A stretch of DNA of 64,000 nucleotides from Candidatus Hadarchaeota archaeon (lineage in GTDB: Archaea > Hadarchaeota > Hadarchaeia > Hadarchaeales > JAGGTB01). The stretch's first letter is position 1. Each line of letters opens with the position of its first letter. The DNA lies in NCBI GenBank assembly GCA_964384105.1, contig CAYLJV010000001.1, positions 160,001-224,000 of the forward strand, written 5' to 3'. The notes below the pieces were generated by a model, which did not search any database, was not told the origin of the DNA, and worked only from the letters and a program-made list of their open reading frames with translations. Below, in pieces: positions 20,291 through 28,804 of this stretch. The position numbers were made by a program, and so were the translations under genes.

Positions 20291-20758
20291 ATGGCTAAAT
20301 GGCAAGGAAGATCTAGAAAGAAGCCGAGTAGTGGAAGAATATGGCCCAGCCGTAAAAAGCGAAAGTATGAGTTAGGTCGTGAATCTGCGGATACTAAAAT
20401 CGGAGAGGAGAAGAAAGTCCAAGTCTCTGTTAGAGGCACAGGCCAGAAGACGAGATTACTTTCTGTTAATTCTGTTAACGTGACTGATCCAGAATCCGGA
20501 GAGAGCAAGAAGGCTAGTATTAACACGGTTTTAGAAAATCCTGCAGACCCTCATCTTGCTAGACGGAACATCATAACCAAAGGTGCGATAATAGAGACGG
20601 ATATAGGAAAAGCCAGAGTTACAAGTAGGCCAGGCCAGGAACAAACCCTTAACGCAGTTTTGATAGAAGGTTCTTTCAAGAAAGAGTCTCAGAAAAAAGA
20701 GACAAAAGGAAAGGAAGAGCCCGCCGAAAAAGATGAGTCAGAATCACCGAAAGAATGA
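20291..20758 (+). CDS. rps8e: 30S ribosomal protein S8e
   Basis: [38 protein letters not shown]. Confidence 0.97.
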   Translation: MAKWQGRSRKKPSSGRIWPSRKKRKYELGRESADTKIGEEKKVQVSVRGTGQKTRLLSVNSVNVTDPESGESKKASINTVLENPADPHLARRNIITKGAIIETDIGKARVTSRPGQEQTLNAVLIEGSFKKESQKKETKGKEEPAEKDESESPKE

Positions 20759-20805
20759 GGCACTGAGCCGAAGCATATTTTCTCTCAATTCTCTAAAAAG
20801 TAGAA

Positions 20806-21102
20806 TTAGTAATAGATCGGTCTTTGACCGGCAATTACTTGATCGACACTATGTACTACTCCACCCCACTCTTCTATCTTAGATCTGATTTCCCTGTAGT
20901 CTAGGTCTCCGTCAACTGTCAGCTTGAGTGTTTCGGTTTCTTTGTCTATCTCTAGAAGTGCGGCATCTACTCCTTCGACTCCTTCCATGGCTCCTATTTT
21001 TTCAGCGAAGTCGGGAAGTGGTGGATCATGAGGCTTTAGCACGTCCAATACTATTCGCCAGACTTTTGATTTTTGTGAAGAATCTTCAGGCATTCTGACC
21101 AA
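20806..21102 (-). CDS. DUF211 family protein
   Basis: RIVLDVLKPHDP, GGVVHSVDQVIAG. Confidence 0.9.
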   Translation of the reverse strand: MVRMPEDSSQKSKVWRIVLDVLKPHDPPLPDFAEKIGAMEGVEGVDAALLEIDKETETLKLTVDGDLDYREIRSKIEEWGGVVHSVDQVIAGQRPIYY

Positions 21103-21194
21103 GCTTTAATCTCTCTTATTTAGTAAAAGATTTTTCTAATTTCCAAATCCCCAATATTCAAATTCTTAACACCGTTTATAGTTCTGGAGTTTCT

Positions 21195-21644
21195 ATGAAG
21201 GGCACATACGTGCTTCTAATCTGTCTTTCGGAATGCGAAAGTATTAAGATCGGGAGCCTTGGGGCCATAAAATTCGAAAAAGGCTGGTACGCTTATGTTG
21301 GTTCTGCCTTAAAATCGTTGGAAAATAGGATCGAGAGGCATATCTGTAGCGAAAAGAGTATTTATTGGCACATAGATTACCTCCTTTCTAGAGCTGAGCT
21401 CGAAAATATTTTCTATGGAGAGGGTGAAGAAAGAAGAGAATGTGGCATTGCGGAGGAGATTTCGAGAGATTTCCCGTTCATTGAAGGATTTGGTTCGAGT
21501 GATTGTCAATGCGAAAGTCATCTTTTTTATTCTAGAGATGTTTCGAAGTTGAGAGATAGTATAGTCTTGGGCTTTATAAGAAATGGATTAAAACCAATTT
21601 CTTGGTACGATGGGAAAGAGATGGCAGCAGAAGAGGAAAAATGA
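21195..21644 (+). CDS. GIY-YIG/DUF123 family nuclease
   Basis: GTYVL, YAYVGSA, RIERH, WHIDYL, GFGSSDC.C.SHL. Confidence 0.9.
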   Translation: MKGTYVLLICLSECESIKIGSLGAIKFEKGWYAYVGSALKSLENRIERHICSEKSIYWHIDYLLSRAELENIFYGEGEERRECGIAEEISRDFPFIEGFGSSDCQCESHLFYSRDVSKLRDSIVLGFIRNGLKPISWYDGKEMAAEEEK

Positions 21645-22221
21645 GCATTTTTACAAGCAAGCTAAAAAAGAAGGCTACAGAAGCAGAGCTACTTATAAAC
21701 TCAAACAACTTGATGACAAATACAGCCTTATTCATCCGGGGGATATAGTTGTAGACCTGGGTGCAGCGCCTGGTAGTTGGCTTCAATTTGCGAGGGATAA
21801 AGTTGGTGAAAATGGGTTTGTTTTGGGTGTTGATCTTGAGGAGATAGAAGATTTGGATTATGAAAACGTTAAAACAGTTCAAGCAGACATTACTGAATCA
21901 GAAACAATAGATATTATTCAGAAAAATCTTCCCGATTCTCCTAATATTATAATTTCGGATGCTGCGCCAAATATCACAGGGATATGGGATGTTGATCACG
22001 CTAGATCGATAGACCTGTGTAGATCTGCTTTGAAAATAGCCGATAAAGTACTGAAACAGGGCGGATTCTTATTAGTTAAGGTTTTCCAGGGTGAATTTTT
22101 CGACGAACTCTTGGAGGATTTTAAAAAGAAATTTAGTTTCTGTAAGGCTTCTAAGCCCAAAGCTTCTAGAAAAAGGAGTTCTGAAATATATATAATTGGT
22201 AAAGGTTTTTCTTCAGGCTAA
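21610..22221 (+). CDS. rlmE: 23S rRNA U2552 2'-O-methyltransferase RlmE/FtsJ
   Basis: GYRSRATYKL, DLGAAPGSW, SDAAP, KVFQG, ASRKRSSEIY. Confidence 0.96.
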   Translation: MGKRWQQKRKNEHFYKQAKKEGYRSRATYKLKQLDDKYSLIHPGDIVVDLGAAPGSWLQFARDKVGENGFVLGVDLEEIEDLDYENVKTVQADITESETIDIIQKNLPDSPNIIISDAAPNITGIWDVDHARSIDLCRSALKIADKVLKQGGFLLVKVFQGEFFDELLEDFKKKFSFCKASKPKASRKRSSEIYIIGKGFSSG

Positions 22222-22235
22222 TATTCTCGTGATTT

Positions 22236-22676
22236 TTAGTTTCTGTTTTTCTCTATATGGTCTTCGGCTATATCCCCAACTATCGGAAACTTGTAAAGTT
22301 CCCCTTTGTAGGCTTTGATCATCCCGACTACCCAAACTATGAATCCTATAATGCCCAGTATAGCTCCTACGATGGCTCCAAAAATAGGTATAGGACTTAA
22401 AATAGCCCCAACTATGAATAGTCCTAAGAATATGATCGTTGATTGAAAGGCGTGAAATCTAACGAAGTAACTTTTCTCTTCGATGAAGTAAAGAATTATT
22501 CCTGACACAAAAACTAATAGGTAGGCTAGTGCCCCTTCTAGATTTTCTTCAAGGCCTAAAGATGTTTTATTGCTCTTTTTCTGAGTTCTTTTAGTTCTTT
22601 TTAACTCAGCGCCACATTCCGGGCAGAAAGCAGCATTTTCAGGAATTTCCTCTCCACAATCTGGACAATATTTCAT
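22236..22676 (-). CDS. Zinc-ribbon plus DUF4870 membrane protein
   Basis: CPDCG...CPECG; GLEENLEGALAY, FVRFHAFQS, YKFPIVGD. Confidence 0.85.
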   Translation of the reverse strand: MKYCPDCGEEIPENAAFCPECGAELKRTKRTQKKSNKTSLGLEENLEGALAYLLVFVSGIILYFIEEKSYFVRFHAFQSTIIFLGLFIVGAILSPIPIFGAIVGAILGIIGFIVWVVGMIKAYKGELYKFPIVGDIAEDHIEKNRN

Positions 22677-22743
22677 GACTCATCTAAAATAGCTGTCTTT
22701 TACTTAATAATTCTTTTTCTGCTGGATGAGGTTAATAGAAGCT

Positions 22744-23904
22744 TCATTCAGATATCAATTTTGTCAAACTTTCCATCGTTGCGTCCGTTCTTATCCCATT
22801 GCTTAGAAAATGCGTTCTTGAGGCAAAATAGCCGTTTTTCCTAAGTTTTTGAATAGCATGATTGATCTTAGGTGGGGATGCACCAGATTTTGAGCAAACC
22901 TCATGGAGATCATAGAATATGGGTGGCCCTTCGTTCTCTTTTGCCAAGGTTTCGAGTAGGTTTCTTTCTTCTCCGTATAGTTTGAAGTTTCTTAGGGAGA
23001 GGTCATTTATCAGGGCTTTTATGTGTTCTTTATCTCCCATCTTTTCGAGATATAGTGGGCCCGCTTGTTTGTATTTACCACCACATTCGCAGTTTTCTGG
23101 CAGGTTTGGAAAAAAACCTTTTTTGTAAGTTCTCTTTCCGCATTGAAAACAGTGAGCTAAGTAACCTTGATCTTTCAGAATTCGGTTAGCTTTCCTTGCT
23201 CCTTGGTCAACTTGAAAGTGGATTCTGAAATAGTGTTGAGTAGCATGGCTTAGAAGGGGGATCAGAGCAAGATCAAAAGCTGCTGCTTTTCTTTGTATTG
23301 ATCCAACTAGAATTCTTAGTCCCAGTTCTCTTGAGTAGGGAGTTCTTAGGGGTGTTGAACCGTATTTTCTCTTACATGCGTTTGGATACGCTCCGCATAG
23401 GGGTGCAGTGTCAGTGGCTGTTATCAGAAGGGCACCTCTTCTAGATATTGCAGTGAAGGAAGGCTCTAGGAATGGAATGGGGGTACCAAAAGGGTCAATA
23501 TCTATAATATGGAATCTTGGTCTGTGATTATAGAGTAAAACATTAGCGTCTTCTCTCTTTGCTTCCGCTACGGAGAGTTGATTGTGTTTTATGTTTTTCT
23601 TTATGAATTCGAAGGCATCGGCTGATCTATCATTCACGACTACTTTTTTTACTCCAGAGACCTCTTTTGCATATCTTAGACCTCTAGCACCTATACCAGT
23701 TAGAACATCGCAAATTCTCAGACCATCTATACTCTTTCCGATTACTTGAACGGAAGAAACAGATATATCTCTGGATAGTTCCATTATGGGATTAAAAAAA
23801 ACAGGTGTCTTGGAAGGGACGTACTCTTTTTCAGAAGTTTTGTAGTTTTCTAGTTTTGGTACTTCTAATTTTAATTCTCCTTCTTTGATTATCTCTGTCT
23901 CCAT
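22744..23904 (-). CDS. trm1: tRNA (guanine-26-N2)-dimethyltransferase
   Basis: VFFNP, GIGARGLRY, DIDPFGTP, TATDTAPLCG, ELGLRIL, SRTHF. Confidence 0.96.
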   Translation of the reverse strand: METEIIKEGELKLEVPKLENYKTSEKEYVPSKTPVFFNPIMELSRDISVSSVQVIGKSIDGLRICDVLTGIGARGLRYAKEVSGVKKVVVNDRSADAFEFIKKNIKHNQLSVAEAKREDANVLLYNHRPRFHIIDIDPFGTPIPFLEPSFTAISRRGALLITATDTAPLCGAYPNACKRKYGSTPLRTPYSRELGLRILVGSIQRKAAAFDLALIPLLSHATQHYFRIHFQVDQGARKANRILKDQGYLAHCFQCGKRTYKKGFFPNLPENCECGGKYKQAGPLYLEKMGDKEHIKALINDLSLRNFKLYGEERNLLETLAKENEGPPIFYDLHEVCSKSGASPPKINHAIQKLRKNGYFASRTHFLSNGIRTDATMESLTKLISE

Positions 23905-23958
23905 TTTATCCTATACAGAGTAGAGTCTCCAGCTTTAACTTGCTTTTGAAAAGATCTT

Positions 23959-24495
23959 CTACATATTTTCAAGTATTAGATTAGCTAACTCCTTTGATAT
24001 CTGATCGCGGTTATTTTTGTTTACCCCAAATATCCTGGCGTCTTTTCTTCTTTTCACTTCTCCTATGAATCCACTCTTTGATCTTTTATGTATGACTCCT
24101 ATGGTGGGTTTTTCAGATTCTAGAGCTTTCTTTACTTGTTTTTTGAACTCTTCACTGTGAACTTCCATCGGTGCTATTTCGTCAATTATTAGGAAGTCCG
24201 CTTCTCTGAGCGCTTTAGGAATTGAGTATTTACAAATTTCGTCAATATTAGAAATATTAACTCTATATTTGCTGATCTTCGGTCCGTTATCTAAATCTAC
24301 GTGCGCTAATATTTTTGATTCGCCGCTAGCTATATCTATAATTTTGAATCCTTTTCTAATTCCGTTAGACTTTATCTCTGGACAGTAAATTCCTCCAGCC
24401 TTCAGATCTTTTTCTTTTAATATTTCCGAAGTCCTTTCGACTACTGTAGTTTTCCCACTGCCTGGTGAACCCGTTATTAAAAAATTGTTTGGAAT
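23959..24495 (-). CDS. Nucleoside-triphosphatase (THEP1 family); probable ATT start
   Basis: ITGSPGSGKTT, RKGF, KYRV, IIDEIAPME; SD GAGGGTGA 4 nt before ATT at 24495 (alternative start TTG 24540). Confidence 0.9.
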   Translation of the reverse strand: MPNNFLITGSPGSGKTTVVERTSEILKEKDLKAGGIYCPEIKSNGIRKGFKIIDIASGESKILAHVDLDNGPKISKYRVNISNIDEICKYSIPKALREADFLIIDEIAPMEVHSEEFKKQVKKALESEKPTIGVIHKRSKSGFIGEVKRRKDARIFGVNKNNRDQISKELANLILENM

Positions 24496-24664
24496 TCTTT
24501 CACCCTCTCTACGTGTATATTCTCTGCTTTTGCAGTACAACTTTCCGGATTTTAACGTATTAAAATTTCCAAGACTCTATTAGTTTGCAAAGAGATTATC
24601 TAGACAGTAATGTTATGAATTGAGTGTTGACAAATGAAATGTTATATATGCCGGAGGTGTTTCT

Positions 24665-25332
24665 ATAGGACCTAATTTTGTAGCTGGCCTGGACGAGGCG
24701 GGTAGAGAATCAATCCACTGGTAGATGATTCGCCCAAAGGTCCCGTTCTAGGCCCGATGGTTATATGTGGCGTCGTAGTGAGTCCAAAGGTATTCTCTGA
24801 CCTGAGAGCTGAAAGGGTAAGAGACTCTAAGCTGATAGGCCCCAATCGGAGAGAATTCTTAGACGGGTTCCTAAAAGAAAAGATGAAAAAATATGAGATT
24901 GTTGAATATTCTCCATTTGAGATAGATCGACTCAGGGGTGGAGGAACTAACATAAACCAAATAGAAGCAGAAGGTTTTGCCAAGGTACTAAATTTTCTTC
25001 AACCTTCAAAAGCCTACATAGACTCAGCGAGCGCAAATACGGAAAAATTTGCATCTGATATAGCAAATAAGTTAGAGTGCGAAGTTGAACTGATTGTTGA
25101 GCATAAAGCTGATGAAAATTATCTTCCCGTTTCTGCAGCTTCTATTATAGCTAAAGTTAGAAGAGATCAGAGAATCGATGAATTAAAAGAAGAATACGGT
25201 GAAATAGGATCAGGTTATCCTTCTGATGAGCGAACGATAAGATTTTTGGAAAGATGGGTGGATGGGAACAAGAAATTTCCAGATTTTGTGAGAAAATCTT
25301 GGAAAACTGCTCAAAGATTTTTAAATAAGTGA
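24665..25332 (+). CDS. rnhB: Ribonuclease HII, interrupted by a 32-nt BHB intron (exons 24665-24705 and 24738-25332; 211 aa after splicing)
   Basis: Exon 1 (M)GPNFVAGLDEAGR joins exon 2 GPVLGPMV...VRDSKL...IDSAS...EHKAD...VSAASIIAKVRRD...GSGYPSD...RKSW; the exons are in different frames; probable ATA start after SD GGAGGTG. Confidence 0.92.
24706..24737 (+). other. Bulge-helix-bulge (archaeal-type) intron in rnhB pre-mRNA
   Basis: Central helix GGGT(24700-03)/GCCC(24732-35), bulges AGA(24704-06) and AAA(24736-38), inner helix GAATCA/TGATTC, outer exon-exon helix; cutting after the 2nd bulge nt gives GGT AG|A GGT CCC = GRGP. Confidence 0.88.
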
Positions 25333-25338
25333 GTTTTA

Positions 25339-25624
25339 AGACCCCTGTGTTGCCTTTCCTACTAACTCCAAGCTTCCTCGTCTGCCAAACGGCGTCCTCC
25401 ACTTGGTAACCCTCATGGAAGGCTTTTTCAGGGGTCTGCCCATCATGTTTCGTACCCGGGTTGTCTCTCAGTCATCGACTGGTGTCACGCCAAGCACTCC
25501 TGAAAGGACCGCATGGGTACGGTTTGTTTGATGGATACTCAAGTGTTACCTCAGCATTGCTCTGGCGATCATGTTTTCACGCCAGTCCTCGAAGCTGTGG
25601 TTTTAGCCTTTCATCGCAGTTAGT
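25339..25624 (-). ncRNA. Candidate structured ncRNA of unknown class (~290 nt); strand tentative
   Basis: GC-richer than its AT-rich flank, no credible ORF, about ten complementary segment pairs, several of them crossing. Confidence 0.6.
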
Positions 25625-25818
25625 TTTCTGTATTTAACAAGTAAAAAAAGATATCCTTTTTATTATCCTGCTTAATATTTTAGTCTCACTAAAATTTCTA
25701 AAAGGGTTTTTTATATATTTTGGAGTGAATTTGAGCTTTATTTTTATATTTAAGGAGAATAAAGATAACTCAAAAATTTTCAAAATGCTTATAATAATAT
25801 AAATCTTAAAAATATTCA

Positions 25819-27213
25819 ATGTCGAAGGAGAAAGACGGATATAACTCTCCTTATATTCCCAATAACGATGCAGAAATACGCGAGGAGATGCTCCAAGAGA
25901 TCGGAGTGAAGGATGTCGAAGAGCTTTATGCAGATATTCCAGAGAGTTCTAGATTCAGGGGCAAATTGAATATTCCCCCTTCTATGTCCGAATCTGAAGT
26001 AAAAAAACATGTCTCTTCAATTCTATCAAAAAATAGGTCAAATGAAGAAGTAATTAGCTTTTTAGGAGCTGGTTGCTGGCCTCACTATGTTCCAGCACTC
26101 TGCGATGAGGTTAAGGGTAGGTCCGAATTTTTGACGGCCTATGCCGGGGAGACATATTCCGACTTGGGAAAATTTCAAGCTCTGTTTGAATTTCAGAGCA
26201 TGATGGGAGAACTACTCAATTTAGACGCGGTTGGATTAAGCGTATATGACTGGGCTACAGCCTGTGGAGATGCTGCTAGAATGGCTGCAAAGGTCACTGG
26301 GGATAGCGAGATTTTAGTTCCCAGGTTAATTAATCCGGAGAGATTATCTGTCATGAGAAATTACTGTGAGTCATTGGCAGAAGTAAATCTTGTTGATTAT
26401 AGTCCTGAGACCGGTCTTTTGGACCTGGAGGACTTAAAGGAAAAAATATCCGCGGATACAGCTGGTGTTTACATAGAAAATCCTTCTTACTTGGGGTTTA
26501 TTGAAGAAAATGGAAAGGAAATTTCAGAAATTGCCCATGATTATGACGCATTGAGTATTGTGGGAGTGGACCCGATCTCTTTAGGAGTGTTAAGCCCGCC
26601 CGGTGATTATGGTGCAGATATTGTATGTGGGGAAGGTCAACCCCTTGGTATGCACATGAACTATGGTGGGGGTTTAGTAGGAATATTAGCCTGTCGGGAC
26701 GAAGAGAGGATTGTCTCTGCTATGCCGTGTCAGTTGTTAACCATTGCTCCTGAGGCGGAGGGTGATAATTTTGGATTTTCTTGGTGGGCACTACCAGAAC
26801 GGAGTATGTATTTTGAGAGAGCTAAAGTTAAATCGATTGTTGGGAGTTCTACAGCTCTTTGGAGTATAGCTGCTGGAGTTTATTTAGCGCTGGTGGGATC
26901 TGATTTAGACAAACTCGGAGAAACCATAATGCAGAAATCTCATTATGCGAAGCAATTAATCTCCCAGATAGATGGGGTGAGTGTCCCTGTTTTTGAATCA
27001 TCTTACTTCAAGGAATTCACAGTTAATTTTGATAATACAGATAAGAGTGTGAAGGAAGTAAATCAAGAGCTTCTTGATGAGGGAATTCAGGGTGGGAAGG
27101 ATCTATCTGAGGAATTTCCCGAACTTGGAGAGACCGCACTTTACTGTGTTACTGAAATACATGACCAAGAGGAAATCGAAAAACTTGCTCGAACTCTGGA
27201 AGGGGTGTTGTGA
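25819..27213 (+). CDS. gcvPA: Glycine dehydrogenase (decarboxylating) subunit 1-like, divergent
   Basis: SFLGAG.W.HYVP, RSEFLTAY, QALFEFQSM, PGDYGADI..GEGQPLG. Confidence 0.9.
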   Translation: MSKEKDGYNSPYIPNNDAEIREEMLQEIGVKDVEELYADIPESSRFRGKLNIPPSMSESEVKKHVSSILSKNRSNEEVISFLGAGCWPHYVPALCDEVKGRSEFLTAYAGETYSDLGKFQALFEFQSMMGELLNLDAVGLSVYDWATACGDAARMAAKVTGDSEILVPRLINPERLSVMRNYCESLAEVNLVDYSPETGLLDLEDLKEKISADTAGVYIENPSYLGFIEENGKEISEIAHDYDALSIVGVDPISLGVLSPPGDYGADIVCGEGQPLGMHMNYGGGLVGILACRDEERIVSAMPCQLLTIAPEAEGDNFGFSWWALPERSMYFERAKVKSIVGSSTALWSIAAGVYLALVGSDLDKLGETIMQKSHYAKQLISQIDGVSVPVFESSYFKEFTVNFDNTDKSVKEVNQELLDEGIQGGKDLSEEFPELGETALYCVTEIHDQEEIEKLARTLEGVL

Positions 27214-28763
27214 TAATGAAAGATAAGGATACGGGCTATCAGGCTGTCGGCTGGAATGAACCTATTATTTACGAGTTTGAGGGCAGGAATGTAAATAACA
27301 ATATTATCCCTGCTGCTGAGGATGAGATAAAAGAGAGTGTAGGCGATGTGACTTCAAAAATATCTCCGAAAATGAGAAGAAAAAGTTCGCCAAATCTGCC
27401 AAGACTCTCTGAACCTCAGATTGCGAGACACTATATTCGATTATCGCAGCAAACTTTTGGAGTCGACTCTGGTAGTATGCTAGGATTGGGAACCTGTACT
27501 ATGAAGTACAATCCTAAGTTCAGTGAGCAACTTGCTAGGTCTCCGAAAGCAGCGGATGTGCATCCCTTACAGGATGAGAAAATATCTCAGGGATACCTCG
27601 AACTGCTTTACAACTTGAAGAAGTTCCTTTGTGAGATCAGCGGAATGGATGAGTTTTCTCTACAACCGAGAGGTGGGGCGCATGCTGTATATACTAACGC
27701 CTGCATAATTAGGGAATATCATAAAATGAGGGATCAACTTGATCAGAAGAATGAGATAATAACTACTGTTTTGTCTCATCCGTGCAATGCAGGAGCTCCA
27801 GCAATGGCTGGTTTTAATGTTGTAAATCTTTATCCAGATGAAGAAACTGGTGTTCCTGACATGGAGGCCTTCAAGGAGGCTCTTTCGGAAAAAACTGCCG
27901 GTTTGATGATTACTGACCCGTATGATACTGGTAAATATGACGATAATCTGGAAGAATACATAGATATGATACACGAGGTTGGTGGACTTGTCGCTGTGGA
28001 TCAAGCCAATTTTAACGGGGTTATAGGTAAGCTTCGTATTGGTGATATAGGGGCGGACCTGTGCCATTTTAATCTTCATAAGACTTTTGGAGCTCCTCAT
28101 GGGTCCTACGGCCCAGCGTCTGCACCTGTTGGAGCTAAGGAGGAGTTAGAGGAACTCCTGCCAGTTCCTTCCATAAATTTTGATGGTGATAAGTATTATC
28201 TCAACTATAAAAAGGAAAATAGTATTGGTAAGGTAGCTGGATTTCAAGGAACGGCTCCTGCTCTTTTGAAAGCCTATGCGTGGATAAGAAGAATGGGAGC
28301 AGAGGGTTTGGAGGAGGCCGCGGAAATGGCTGTAATCAACAATAATTATCTATTAAAGAAACTGCTGGAGGTAAAGTGGATAGACATTTCTTATCAGAGA
28401 GATCATCGAATTCAGGAGGCAAGAATGAGTCTGCAAAAGATGAAGGAGGATACGGGGGTCGGAACCGAGGATGTCAATCGTAGGATCGTGGATTATGGGG
28501 TTTCGAGTTATTTTGAAAGTCATCATCCTTGGATAGTTTCGGAACCGTTTACACCAGAACCTACCGAATCGGCTTGGAAGGAGGAGCTTGACAGGTGGGC
28601 GGAGATAATGAAAAATATATCGGACGAGGCTTATAGTAATCCTGAGATAGTTAAAAGTGCTCCACATAAGGCACCAATAGGACGTATTGATGAGAGTCCC
28701 TTGAGTGATCCTAATAAAGCAGCTTTAACTTGGAGAGCCTATCTCAAAAAATATAGTGATTAA
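27210..28763 (+). CDS. gcvPB: Glycine dehydrogenase (decarboxylating) subunit 2-like, divergent
   Basis: RHYIRLSQ, LGTCTMKYNP, SLQP.GGAH, PLP site HFNLHKTFGAPHG, EPTE. Confidence 0.9.
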   Translation: MIMKDKDTGYQAVGWNEPIIYEFEGRNVNNNIIPAAEDEIKESVGDVTSKISPKMRRKSSPNLPRLSEPQIARHYIRLSQQTFGVDSGSMLGLGTCTMKYNPKFSEQLARSPKAADVHPLQDEKISQGYLELLYNLKKFLCEISGMDEFSLQPRGGAHAVYTNACIIREYHKMRDQLDQKNEIITTVLSHPCNAGAPAMAGFNVVNLYPDEETGVPDMEAFKEALSEKTAGLMITDPYDTGKYDDNLEEYIDMIHEVGGLVAVDQANFNGVIGKLRIGDIGADLCHFNLHKTFGAPHGSYGPASAPVGAKEELEELLPVPSINFDGDKYYLNYKKENSIGKVAGFQGTAPALLKAYAWIRRMGAEGLEEAAEMAVINNNYLLKKLLEVKWIDISYQRDHRIQEARMSLQKMKEDTGVGTEDVNRRIVDYGVSSYFESHHPWIVSEPFTPEPTESAWKEELDRWAEIMKNISDEAYSNPEIVKSAPHKAPIGRIDESPLSDPNKAALTWRAYLKKYSD

Positions 28764-28804
28764 AGTTTTTCTTGCCGTTCAGTTAATTTTTAAACTTTTA
28801 GAAA

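Noticed and set aside
24706-24737. Simple pseudogenising insertion, programmed frameshift or intein in rnhB
   Set aside because: No target duplication or slippery site, length not a multiple of 3, and the BHB cut rule restores the exact conserved motif.
25339-25624. SRP RNA or RNase P RNA
   Set aside because: No SRP helix-8 motif and no RNase P P4 pair (GAGGAAnnUCC with ...GGCUUA) on either strand by eye; GAGGAAGCU occurs on the minus strand but in the wrong position.
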